Source: Methanobacteriota archaeon (lineage in GTDB: Archaea; Hydrothermarchaeota; Hydrothermarchaeia; Hydrothermarchaeales; JACRDW01). From it: a stretch of DNA of 32,345 bases. Positions 8,242-16,968 of the stretch are shown here, one piece after another. The stretch covers positions 1-32,345 of the forward strand of contig JBDRDL010000039.1 in assembly GCA_043820925.1 (NCBI GenBank), given 5' to 3'. The position numbers were made by a program, and so were the translations under genes. The notes beneath the pieces are model-generated. The model was given only the letters and a program-made list of their open reading frames with translations. It was not told where the DNA came from and did not search any database. Within the stretch, counting starts at the first letter, position 1. Each line of letters begins with the position of its first letter.

Positions 8242-10625
8242 TCCACCTTTACTAGTGCAAGCATGCCTGCTACGAAAAGAATAATCCCGAGCCACAGATA
8301 GTTTACAAGGGGTATTATTTTAATCGTCAGCGGAATTTCGCTGCCGCTTGTGCCCGTGAATATCACGTACACGTCCCTATCTATTCCCCTGTCTATCATT
8401 ACTCTTTTGACCTCTCCCTGCGGATACCACACAACCTTTGCGATTCCTCTCCCGACTCTGTCTTTTCCCTCATAAACCTCAACGCTGATTTCCTGCACTT
8501 CGGAAACTACCTTCCTAGAAGTATATATCTCATTCGAAATCATTAGTACATCATAAGTTTTATTATCTATTTCTATGTCAAAAACCAAGACCCCTGCAGC
8601 TGCGATTTCGGTGCCACTTGGAATGCCAGCAGCCCTTGCTGCCACCCATAAAAATTTATCACCTTCAGCTAACTTGAGAAAAACAATATTGCCTCGACTA
8701 ACCGCTTGCTCTAAGCGACCCCTTACCAGGTATATATCGGGATGGCTTAGATTCCTGCTGTAAAACTCTGATAGACTTAAAGCCTGCGGCAGCTCTTTTT
8801 TTTCTTTGGAGTACTCTGCGTATTCCCTGTAGTCCAGCAGCTTTGCGCCGTAGCTATTTGAGTAAACGATTTTATCAGACGCATCTATGGAAACTGAAAA
8901 CTCTTCTGTAAATAAAGCACTGAAAGCTGCCCCAATCAAAACCAGCACTACGCCGAGATGAATAGCCAGTATACCAGCTTCTCTGAGCTTTCTCTGCCTG
9001 TTTAACCTCTCCCTTCCCCTCTCGAAGAGGCTGTAAAGTATGTAAATGGAGGGAGGAATGAAGCTCAGGCTTGACATCGAGCCTATGAAAGAATAGAGGA
9101 AAGGCTTTTCGGGAGTAACTACGGCAGAGTAATCAACGATATTCCATGCTTCCGAGGGTCTGATAAATGCAAAAATAATCGTCAGCGCAGTAAATGCTAT
9201 GCATTTCTTTATTCGCCTCTCTTTTTCAGAGGGCCTGAAATTCAGACCCAGCCCAAGCAGCAGCATGGCTGCGATTATGAATGGATAGCTCCATAAATTG
9301 AAGAAAGCAACTCCTACCCCGACCTTATTGCCTGTCATCAGCTTGTAAATCGCAGGGAAAGTTATTCCCCAGAATGAGATGAAAGTCAGAATTATGAAAA
9401 GCAGTACAGCGCCGTAAAAAATGTTGGTTCTGCTCAGAAGCGAGACCTCCTCTTTCCCCTCCCTTCCGCAATACCGTAAGGTAGGCGCAAGAATTTCGTA
9501 AGGAAGCTGGCAGGAATTCCGCAAGGAAGCTGGCGTGTTCGCCATTCTTTCTTGCGAAAGCCGCCATTCTTTCTTGCGAAAGCTTGCGGTCTTGCTGTCG
9601 CAAGGAAGATGGCATTTCTCGCCAGCTTCCTCTCGGAATCCGCCTTTCACGTATCTGGCGGCTGCAGGAAAAAGTGTCGCTATGCTGCACACCGCAATCA
9701 AAACTACTAAATACATTCCGACTTCACCTGAGCCGAAGGCGTGTATAGATTCGAAAAAACCACTCCTCGTTACGAGAGTTGCGTAGAGCACAAGCACAAA
9801 AGACAAAGCAACTAACACAGGAGCCAGAATGCAGTACTTTTCTCTATTATTTCTGTGCTCAGCCAGCGAATGAAGAGCACCGGTCAAGAGCAGCCATGGA
9901 ACGAGCGAGGAAGTCTCAACTGGGTCCCAAGCCCAGAAGCCCCCCCATCCTAAAACTTTGTAGCTCCAGAAGCCCCCGACAGCTATTCCCGAGGTTAAAA
10001 AAATCCAGCTTACCCTGCACCACCGCACAACGTTAGCTATCCAATCACAATTCTGGGTAAGCAGATACACGACTGCAAGTGCAAAAGGAACGGTCATCGC
10101 AGCGTAGGCTATGAATATCAGGGGCGGGTGTACAGCCATCCATGGGTCGATTAGGAGAGGATTTAAACCGCTGCCGTCGCTCGGCACGAAAGATACATCC
10201 AGCCCTGGATTCGCAGCATAAATCGTCTGAAATGGCGAATCTAATATTGTCAGCCAAACAAAATACAGTCCAATTGATATAATGATTATCTGCGCATCTC
10301 TAATAAAATCGTTAAAGCTGTTTTTCTCGCTGAGCCACAGGCTGCCAATGCATATGAGGAGAGCCCACAGCAGCAGCGTACCCTGCTGCCCTGCCAGCAC
10401 GCCGGACAGCTTGTAAACCAGGGGCAAATCCCTGCTCGTATATCTCCAAACATAGTCTATCGTTAGATTTGGTGCTAGAAAGTAGTAAGTCAGCAAAACA
10501 AAATCTGCCAGCAGCAATAGAACGAAAATTCTAATCAGCCATTTTGCATCTTTATTTTTAAGCAAAAATGCGAGCGCAGATATTCCGGCTGCCAGGCTTA
10601 GATATAAAATTAAATTTCCGGTCAT
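8235..10625 (-). CDS. ccmF: Cytochrome c heme lyase subunit CcmF
   Basis: HPP, WGGFWAWDPVETSSLVPWL (WWD domain), TRSG..SIHAF, IHLG motifs; contains an in-frame repeat-derived insert and an extended C-terminal soluble region. Confidence 0.93.
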   Translation of the reverse strand: MTGNLILYLSLAAGISALAFLLKNKDAKWLIRIFVLLLLADFVLLTYYFLAPNLTIDYVWRYTSRDLPLVYKLSGVLAGQQGTLLLWALLICIGSLWLSEKNSFNDFIRDAQIIIISIGLYFVWLTILDSPFQTIYAANPGLDVSFVPSDGSGLNPLLIDPWMAVHPPLIFIAYAAMTVPFALAVVYLLTQNCDWIANVVRWCRVSWIFLTSGIAVGGFWSYKVLGWGGFWAWDPVETSSLVPWLLLTGALHSLAEHRNNREKYCILAPVLVALSFVLVLYATLVTRSGFFESIHAFGSGEVGMYLVVLIAVCSIATLFPAAARYVKGGFREEAGEKCHLPCDSKTASFRKKEWRLSQERMANTPASLRNSCQLPYEILAPTLRYCGREGKEEVSLLSRTNIFYGAVLLFIILTFISFWGITFPAIYKLMTGNKVGVGVAFFNLWSYPFIIAAMLLLGLGLNFRPSEKERRIKKCIAFTALTIIFAFIRPSEAWNIVDYSAVVTPEKPFLYSFIGSMSSLSFIPPSIYILYSLFERGRERLNRQRKLREAGILAIHLGVVLVLIGAAFSALFTEEFSVSIDASDKIVYSNSYGAKLLDYREYAEYSKEKKELPQALSLSEFYSRNLSHPDIYLVRGRLEQAVSRGNIVFLKLAEGDKFLWVAARAAGIPSGTEIAAAGVLVFDIEIDNKTYDVLMISNEIYTSRKVVSEVQEISVEVYEGKDRVGRGIAKVVWYPQGEVKRVMIDRGIDRDVYVIFTGTSGSEIPLTIKIIPLVNYLWLGIILFVAGMLALVKVEK
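9461..9639. repeat. Palindromic REP-like repeat cluster inserted in-frame in ccmF
   Basis: AAGGAAG(C/A)TGGC x3 (9500, 9523, 9602); tandem 22-mer CGCCATTCTTTCTTGCGAAAGC (9540-9561, 9562-9583); units fold as hairpins. Confidence 0.8.
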
Positions 10626-11080
10626 ATTTTTCCTTCTTTGATTTGCTCAAGCATCAAAAGCAGCTGCTCCTTGAATGCAAATCCAGGAATCCTGGTTATA
10701 ATCTCACCCTTAGAGTTTAGGAATATCAGATAGGGGGGATATTGCACCCCGAAGCGCCGTGCATCCATTTTGTTTTCATCTAAATCTATTGCAACCAGTA
10801 CAAAATCTTCCTTTAAAATTTTCGAAACTTGCTGGCCGGGATAAACCTTTTCGTGCAGGGTTATGCAGTACTTGCACTGGAGAGTCCAGAAATAAATGAG
10901 CACAGGTTTGCCATGCCCTGCCGCAGCCTTCTGCCCTTCCTCGTAATTCTTGTACCACCTCATCCCTGCAATATAGGTGTACTTCTCATCGCTTATCAGG
11001 GGTGCTGCATCCATGGAGTAATACACAAATAAGACCACAGCGACGAGCGCTAAAATTGTAATCGCCTTTTTCGGTTTCAT
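10622..11080 (-). CDS. Membrane-anchored thioredoxin-like protein (SoxW/CcmG-like)
   Basis: N-terminal TM, KPVLIYFW..CKYC, YPP cis-Pro loop, RIPGF. Confidence 0.85.
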   Translation of the reverse strand: MKPKKAITILALVAVVLFVYYSMDAAPLISDEKYTYIAGMRWYKNYEEGQKAAAGHGKPVLIYFWTLQCKYCITLHEKVYPGQQVSKILKEDFVLVAIDLDENKMDARRFGVQYPPYLIFLNSKGEIITRIPGFAFKEQLLLMLEQIKEGKI

Positions 11081-11988
11081 TTTTTCTGCCTCATGTATTC
11101 CAAAAGCTTTTCTATTCCTTCTTCCAGCTCGACCTCCGGCTTCCAGCCGAGCTCTTTTTCAGCCTTCTCGACGTTTAAATAAATTCTCCTGACCTCTCCT
11201 TTAATCGGCGGCGCATGCCCTGGCTTGATACTCGTATTTAAAATCTTTTTTATCATGTCAAAAATTTCATTGACCGAGGTTTCCTTTCCAGTAGCGATGT
11301 TGTAAACTCTGTTTCTGCCATTTTCCAGCGCCAAAGTATTTGCCCTCACCACATCGCTAACGTAAACAAAATCTCTGGTTTGGTTGCCGTCGCCGTTAAT
11401 CGTTGGTCTCTCGCTATGAAGTACTTTATTTGCGAATATCGCCACAACACCGGCTTCGCCGGTGCCGCTCTGCCTGGGACCGTAAACATTTCCATACCTC
11501 AGCGCAACGTAATCCAAATCATAAATTTCCTTATAAACCTGGAGGTATTTTTCTGCGATGTATTTCGAAACTCCGTACGGGGAGAGCGGAGCTATTGGAT
11601 GCTCTTCGTCCACTGGCAAATATCTGGGCTCCCCGTAAACAGCTCCGCCTGAGGAAGCGTAAATGAATTTCTCCACTTCCTTGCAGCATTCAAGCAGATT
11701 GAGTGTGCCTTTGATGTTCACATCTGCGTCGAGAACTGGGTCATTCAGAGATTTTCTGACATTAACTTGCGCTGCTTGATGAACAACGATGTCGATTCTT
11801 TCTTTCCGGAATATCTCCTCTAACCTATCATTTAAGCCTGCTCTGTAGAACTTCGCATTTTTATTCACGTACTCTTTTTTGCCTGTGGAGAGGTCGTCCA
11901 AAACTACGATACGATATCCTTCAGAAATCAGCGCATCGACGATATGCGAGCCTACGAATCCTGCGCCGCCTGTTACCAGAATAGCCAT
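11077..11988 (-). CDS. NAD-dependent epimerase/dehydratase (GalE-like)
   Basis: TGGAGFVG, SSGGAVYG, PYGVSK (YxxxK), RYGNVYGPRQ. Confidence 0.92.
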   Translation of the reverse strand: MAILVTGGAGFVGSHIVDALISEGYRIVVLDDLSTGKKEYVNKNAKFYRAGLNDRLEEIFRKERIDIVVHQAAQVNVRKSLNDPVLDADVNIKGTLNLLECCKEVEKFIYASSGGAVYGEPRYLPVDEEHPIAPLSPYGVSKYIAEKYLQVYKEIYDLDYVALRYGNVYGPRQSGTGEAGVVAIFANKVLHSERPTINGDGNQTRDFVYVSDVVRANTLALENGRNRVYNIATGKETSVNEIFDMIKKILNTSIKPGHAPPIKGEVRRIYLNVEKAEKELGWKPEVELEEGIEKLLEYMRQKK

Positions 11989-12219
11989 TTAAATACCTCT
12001 AACTTTCTCATAGAGCTGAATTAATTCATGAAGTTCGTCCTGCTTCAAATTGCTTTTCGCCAGTGTATCCAATATCGCTTCCCTTCTCTATTTCCTCGTC
12101 TATTTCTCTCACCGTCAGGTTCGTCAGTTTGGCTAGCTCCTGTACTGCCCCTCGTCCAGAAGTAAGGAAGCAATTTTTTCTCCTAATATTTTTTTAACCT
12201 CGCTCTGCATCTCTGCCAT
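11988..12219 (-). pseudogene. Possible decayed small HTH/antitoxin-like gene
   Basis: MAEMQSEVKKILGEKIASLLLDEG / AVQELAKLTNLTVREIDEEIEKG in adjacent frames; AT-rich TATA-like stretch upstream. Confidence 0.35.
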
Positions 12220-12336
12220 GCTTCAAAATTTAAATAATCAAGTATAAATTAATTACCGAGCTCACGAGCTTATCCTGAAAAGGGAGCAAAACTTTATATA
12301 TTCCTTGTCCCAGCATATACCAAGGAGGTAAAAATT

Positions 12337-12567
12337 ATGTTCTATGTAAATGGTTTGGAATATCTGGGCAGAGACGTTAAAATAAAAGGGAAGACGATGA
12401 AGGGTGTGGAGGCAAAGCGCTTCGTAACTTTGAAAAAGACCAACACCAAACCCACAAGGGATGAAGTATTGAGCCTGGCAAAAGCCAGGAAGGGAGTCAA
12501 GAAAGTCTGGGTCATGGAGATGATTGGAAACAAGTGGAAGAAAGTCATGAACGTGATAAACCTTTAG
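12337..12567 (+). CDS. Small very basic hypothetical protein
   Basis: TTTATATA TATA box (~12293-12300), GGAGGT RBS, downstream T-tract; 76 aa, Lys-rich. Confidence 0.8.
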   Translation: MFYVNGLEYLGRDVKIKGKTMKGVEAKRFVTLKKTNTKPTRDEVLSLAKARKGVKKVWVMEMIGNKWKKVMNVINL

Positions 12568-12710
12568 TCATCTTCATTTTTTAATTTTTGCAGCAAGCCT
12601 TCGTCAAGCACTCTTAAGCTTTGAAATAGGCGTTGGATTTGCAGCCCTTATAGCGATGTGCAGGTTCATGGAAGGGTCGTACTTTCATCTCAAGCCCTGC
12701 CAGCTGTATT

Positions 12711-13127
12711 TCACGCATGCTCCTCAACCCAGACTTCCCCGTCTGTGGTAATCTCTTTCTTCCATATAGGCACTGTTCGCTTGAGCTCGTCTATGCACCA
12801 GCTGCATGCTTTGAAAGCCTCGTTTCTGTGCTCAGCTGCTACGATTATCAGAACTATGTTCTCGCTGATTTTAATCTCTCCGGTGCGGTGGATTATTGCC
12901 ACTTCGACTACATCAAAATTTTTCAGAACTCTTTCCCTGAGTTCCTCCAGCTTTTTCTGCGCCATCTCTGGATAGTGCTCGTATAACAATTTTTTAATCT
13001 CCTTGCCCCCCGAAAATTCTCTGGCAGTTCCGAGAAATGCTACTACGCCGCCTATCCTCGCAGACGTTGCCTTGACTTTTTTGATTTCCTCTTCGACCGA
13101 AAAATCTTCTCTCTGGATTTTAATCAC
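12711..13127 (-). CDS. moaE: Molybdopterin synthase catalytic subunit
   Basis: GGVVAFLGTAR, HRTG, HR.EAF, IDELK..VPIWKKE. Confidence 0.95.
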   Translation of the reverse strand: MIKIQREDFSVEEEIKKVKATSARIGGVVAFLGTAREFSGGKEIKKLLYEHYPEMAQKKLEELRERVLKNFDVVEVAIIHRTGEIKISENIVLIIVAAEHRNEAFKACSWCIDELKRTVPIWKKEITTDGEVWVEEHA

Positions 13128-13131
13128 ATCT

Positions 13132-13380
13132 TCACCCTCCAGAAACAGGAGGAAATATCGCTATCTCGTCGCTCTCTTTCACAACAGCATTTTCAGCAGC
13201 TACCTCATCGTTCAAGGCTACTACCGCATTGCCCTCCTCTATCATTTTTTTCAGTCCAGGAATCTTTTTATCCAGCACTTCAATCACATTTTCCAGGGTA
13301 GTCTCTCCTTTGGTGCTCAATTTTATTTCAGATTTTCCAATTTTTTCCCTGAAACTCGCAAAAAATTTTACAGTTACCAT
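13132..13380 (-). CDS. moaD: MoaD/SAMP ubiquitin-like sulfur carrier
   Basis: VKFFASFRE...DEIAIFPPVSGG C-terminus; adjacent to moaE. Confidence 0.93.
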   Translation of the reverse strand: MVTVKFFASFREKIGKSEIKLSTKGETTLENVIEVLDKKIPGLKKMIEEGNAVVALNDEVAAENAVVKESDEIAIFPPVSGG

Positions 13381-13381
13381 G

Positions 13382-13969
13382 TTACTCTATCGTTGCATGC
13401 CGCATGCGCATATAATCCTCGCTTTTCTTCAGGTGCATCATCAGCTCAGCTATCAAGCTGTCCAGAAAAATCAATACAGAAATCTCGAAAAGCGTTCCGA
13501 GAGGCGCAAGCGAGTAGTGCTCTCCCTTAATCTGCCTCATTAGGAAATCCCTGTCTCCCAGAAGCTTTGTCCTGCCCTTTACTACTACAACGTAATCCGC
13601 AAGTTTGCCTGTCGAGGAGTTTGGATAGGAGGTTATTAAAGCTACTTTAGCCTTGACGTTCTTCGCTATTCTTGCTGCGTTGACTACGGAAGTAGTTTCT
13701 CCAGAACCGGAAATCGTTATCAGCAGGTCGCCTTCTCCTATCGCAGGAGTAACGGTCTCCCCTATCACGAATACGTTTATTCCGAGGTGCATCAAACGCA
13801 TAGCAAAAGCTCTCGCCACCAATCCAGACCTGCCTGCGCCGTAAACAAAAACTTTATTTGCTTTTTCCAGAGAGTTTAGCAGGGCGTTTATCTGTTTTTT
13901 ATCCAGAGAATTTGCGACATTTTCTACGTGCTGCGCAATGCTGGACATGGCTTCCTTCAAAACGTCCAT
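13382..13969 (-). CDS. hxlB: 6-phospho-3-hexuloisomerase (SIS domain)
   Basis: GAGRSGLV..AFAMRLMHLG, ISGSGET, APLGTLFE, RHATIE. Confidence 0.93.
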   Translation of the reverse strand: MDVLKEAMSSIAQHVENVANSLDKKQINALLNSLEKANKVFVYGAGRSGLVARAFAMRLMHLGINVFVIGETVTPAIGEGDLLITISGSGETTSVVNAARIAKNVKAKVALITSYPNSSTGKLADYVVVVKGRTKLLGDRDFLMRQIKGEHYSLAPLGTLFEISVLIFLDSLIAELMMHLKKSEDYMRMRHATIE

Positions 13970-13989
13970 GGAAGTACTTGTAGTGCTTT

Positions 13990-14796
13990 CTATATATCTT
14001 TTTTGTTTAATGGGCAGTAGGTATAGACGCAGGTTGTGCAGTCTCCTCTCAGCGCCTTTATCTCCTTCTCGCCTTTTATCGATTCGACAATCTCGATTGC
14101 TTTTCTGACTTTTTTCTCTTCGCCATCTACGAGGAAAGTCCTGCAGCTAGAACTTCCTATGCTGCCGGAACCTATGGAAACTGCGCTAACGCCTGCGAGG
14201 ATTTCGAATGCCTCGATTTCTGTGATTATCTCCCCGGAAACAGGCATTATGCCGACAGGTATGCCGGTTGAATAACTGGTCTCGTAGATACCTGCTGCTT
14301 TAGAAATTTCATCCACTGAGTGGGGAATCAGCTTTTCTAATCCGACCGGGATAATCAGCTTTATCCCTCTCGCCTTTATCACACCTAACACGTTTGCAAT
14401 CGTACCACCGACCAAACTTGCCATCATCACGCCAGCCGTGCCTTCAAAATCCAAAGCATTCGCTCCCTTTATAAAAACGTCATTATTCTTCATTCTTTTT
14501 ACAACTTCCTCTATATTCTCTTTTATTATCCTGCCTTTTTCTATAACAACGCTCTTCAATCTTTCAGGAGCAGGTATAACGCAGGTGCCATGCTCGTCAA
14601 CAAAGCCCGCAATGTATTTCTCCTTCTTTATTTTTCTTCCAAGTATTTCCTCCGCAACGAATGCATTCGTCGAACCCAGAGCTATGGCTACGATGCCGTT
14701 CTTCAGGGCTTTTTTTACCCACTCATGCTCCTTAACAGCCCTGCCAATCAGCCTTTTTGATTCTGGAGCAGTAAGAGTAAATTGTGCCTTCCTCAC
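13990..14796 (-). CDS. Conserved hypothetical protein with C-terminal CxxCxxxxC
   Basis: TLT..ESKRLI, GSTNAFV, DVFIKGANA, PVGLEK; GTG 14796 overlaps upstream stop. Confidence 0.75.
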   Translation of the reverse strand: MRKAQFTLTAPESKRLIGRAVKEHEWVKKALKNGIVAIALGSTNAFVAEEILGRKIKKEKYIAGFVDEHGTCVIPAPERLKSVVIEKGRIIKENIEEVVKRMKNNDVFIKGANALDFEGTAGVMMASLVGGTIANVLGVIKARGIKLIIPVGLEKLIPHSVDEISKAAGIYETSYSTGIPVGIMPVSGEIITEIEAFEILAGVSAVSIGSGSIGSSSCRTFLVDGEEKKVRKAIEIVESIKGEKEIKALRGDCTTCVYTYCPLNKKDI

Positions 14797-15074
14797 TCGA
14801 TTCTCTCCCTGATGTAGTCTATCCTGCATTCTGTATCCTTTGCGAGTTTCTCAATTTTTTGGACCGCTTTTTCTCTGTCTTTTTTAGAACCGACTAGATA
14901 GAACCTCATAATAGAGGGTATCTTTTCCTCTATTCCAGCCTTCAAGGCTGCGAAGGAAACCTCGCAGTGCATCACGTCTACGTCTATATCTTTAATTGCC
15001 TCAGAGAGTTTGAAAATAACATCCCTCTCCAGAATGTGTCCAACCATCCTTACCTCAGTTTTCGCTTCAAGCAA
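14793..15074 (-). CDS. Small ACT/ferredoxin-like hypothetical (resembles LOR/SDH N-terminal region)
   Basis: EVRMVGHILE motif, beta-alpha-beta pattern; GGAGGTGG RBS before TTG. Confidence 0.6.
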   Translation of the reverse strand: MLEAKTEVRMVGHILERDVIFKLSEAIKDIDVDVMHCEVSFAALKAGIEEKIPSIMRFYLVGSKKDREKAVQKIEKLAKDTECRIDYIRERIE

Positions 15075-15084
15075 AAGACCACCT

Positions 15085-15149
15085 CCTTCAACATAGAAAA
15101 TTTTGCCTTCGGCAAAATTTTCAGATGTTGAAAATTTCTACGTTGAGGG
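15085..15149. repeat. Nested inverted repeat filling a divergent intergenic region
   Basis: Perfect GAAAATTTTGCC-TTC-GGCAAAATTTTC (15096-15122) plus outer 13/15 inverted repeat (15085-15099 / 15135-15149). Confidence 0.75.
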
Positions 15150-15150
15150 A

Positions 15151-15888
15151 ATGCAGCCGATTTATAGTGAGAAGGCTCTGGTGCTTGGGGAATATATTGT
15201 TATAGCTGACCTGCACCTTGGCGTAGAGCACGAATTTTCTGAGAACGGAATAATCATTCAGTCGCAGTCGAAGAAAATGGAAGATAAAATCATAAAGCTC
15301 CTGAAAATTTCAAAGGCTAAAAAACTCATAATTCTCGGAGACCTAAAGCACAACATACCAAAAATATCTTGGCAGGAATATGCAGAAATTCCCAAGTTTA
15401 TCGACAGTCTATCGAGGCATGCAAAATTAATTTTAATAAAAGGAAACCATGACGGAAACTTGGAAAAATTGCTACCAAAACTTAGAATACTGAAAAAATT
15501 TTCCATCGGCAAAGATGCCCTGCTAACGCACGGGCACATGAGCGAGACCGAGCTGGATTACAATTGCATAATCATGGGGCACAATCATCCCTGCATAGAC
15601 CTCAAGGACGAATTCGGGCGCAGCATTAAAGAAAGCGTCTGGATAAGAGCTAAGCTAACGCACAGAGCCAGAAAATTTTACAAACTTAAGAAAAACCCGG
15701 ATATAATAATAATGCCGGCATTCAACGATTTGCTCTACGGCACTCCGTTCAACGCAAAAACCAATCTTCTGGGTCCTTTCTTCAAAAGAGGGCTAATAGA
15801 CTTGGAGAATGCCGGGGTTTATCTCCTCGACGGAACTTTTTTGGGAAAAATAAAAGAATTAGAGACTCCCAGCAAGGAAAGCCACTAA
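15151..15888 (+). CDS. Calcineurin-like metallophosphoesterase
   Basis: ADLHLG, GDLKH, GNHD, HGH, GHNHP, MPAFN. Confidence 0.9.
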   Translation: MQPIYSEKALVLGEYIVIADLHLGVEHEFSENGIIIQSQSKKMEDKIIKLLKISKAKKLIILGDLKHNIPKISWQEYAEIPKFIDSLSRHAKLILIKGNHDGNLEKLLPKLRILKKFSIGKDALLTHGHMSETELDYNCIIMGHNHPCIDLKDEFGRSIKESVWIRAKLTHRARKFYKLKKNPDIIIMPAFNDLLYGTPFNAKTNLLGPFFKRGLIDLENAGVYLLDGTFLGKIKELETPSKESH

Positions 15889-16692
15889 TCCAAAGAACAT
15901 TCCAAGCTTTACCAGCTTTTGCGCTTCCCGTGCTTTTTTGCTTTTCAAGTTTAGAGCAGCGTAAACAAAAACGGCATCTGCTAAAGCAACTGCCACGAGA
16001 TAATTTATGCTTAAAATTCCAAACACATAGGGCAGTGGGCTGATAAGAACTGCTGCCAGTATAAAAGTGCTTGCAAGTACTGCGGATTTTTCAACCCCTA
16101 TTTCCACTGGCAGAGTTTTTATAATTTTTTTGTCTCCTTCCAAATCTTCTATGTCCTTGATTATTTCTCGTCCAGTATTTGCCAGCCCTGCCAGCAAAGC
16201 TAAAAGAAGAGTAACTGATGCATTCTCGACCGCAACGCCCCCAAAAAGAAATGGCGAGGCGACCAAATAGCTAACTGTGAAATTTTTCTCAATGCTGCCG
16301 CTCTTCTTGATTTTCCATGCATATAGGTAAAGCAGGAATGAATTAAAGGCTGCGAGAAGCAGTGCATATTTATTTATGAAAATACACAGCGCAGCGCCGA
16401 ATATGAACAAACCCAAAGCATACAGATGCGCAACTCGCAGCGAAATTTTTCCAGAGGGCAGGGGTCGGCCGGGATTGTTTATCTTGTCGATTTCGAGATC
16501 AAAGTAATCGTTTATAACATTTCCAGCACCGCACACAAGAAAAGCTACTAGAAATGCGAGATAAACTTCCGTTGTAAAAAATGTTTCAGATGCTATGGTA
16601 GCGCCTACTATGACAGCTGTACCCGCCATAAAACAATTAAATGGCCTCAAAATATTAATATACTGAATCAGGGCGACACCCCAAACATTCAC
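15859..16692 (-). CDS. UbiA-family prenyltransferase, digeranylgeranylglyceryl-phosphate synthase-like
   Basis: RPFN, NDYFDLEIDKINNPGRPLPSG, REIIKDIEDLEGD, TLP; start codon uncertain. Confidence 0.9.
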   Translation of the reverse strand: MNVWGVALIQYINILRPFNCFMAGTAVIVGATIASETFFTTEVYLAFLVAFLVCGAGNVINDYFDLEIDKINNPGRPLPSGKISLRVAHLYALGLFIFGAALCIFINKYALLLAAFNSFLLYLYAWKIKKSGSIEKNFTVSYLVASPFLFGGVAVENASVTLLLALLAGLANTGREIIKDIEDLEGDKKIIKTLPVEIGVEKSAVLASTFILAAVLISPLPYVFGILSINYLVAVALADAVFVYAALNLKSKKAREAQKLVKLGMFFGLVAFLAGSL

Positions 16693-16841
16693 TTATGGAA
16701 TAGATATTTAAATTTAATCATGGCACTATTTCACTTGCATCAGCAAGTGCAGCCATGGGTCAAGACATGAGCCAACATTCGTATAGATTAGTGCGAGGAG
16801 CCTGTTGGCGAAAGCGGCGCTCGTGCGCTGATTGACATCAA

Positions 16842-16968
16842 AGCCCGGTAGTGTAGCGGTCAATCATGCGGGACTCTGGTAACCCTTTTATTCGCTGCGC
16901 TCCAAAAGCGTTATCGGAAAAGGGGTTAGAGAAATCCTGCGACAGAGGTTCGAATCCTCTCCGGGCTA
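16842..16968 (+). tRNA. tRNA-Gln(CTG) with 54-nt intron at 37/38
   Basis: Acceptor AGCCCGG/CCGGGCT, anticodon CTG 16876-16878, intron 16880-16933 with BHB (CTCT/AGAG central helix), T-arm AGAGG-TTCGAAT-CCTCT; no encoded CCA. Confidence 0.95.

Noticed and set aside
12590..12710. Intergenic stretch as a C/D-box sRNA
   Set aside because: No intact RUGAUGA and CUGA box pair with suitable spacing on either strand
16759..16836. Active hammerhead ribozyme
   Set aside because: Core reads GACAUGA rather than CUGANGA and there is no proper NUH cleavage triplet; kept only as a generic structured RNA
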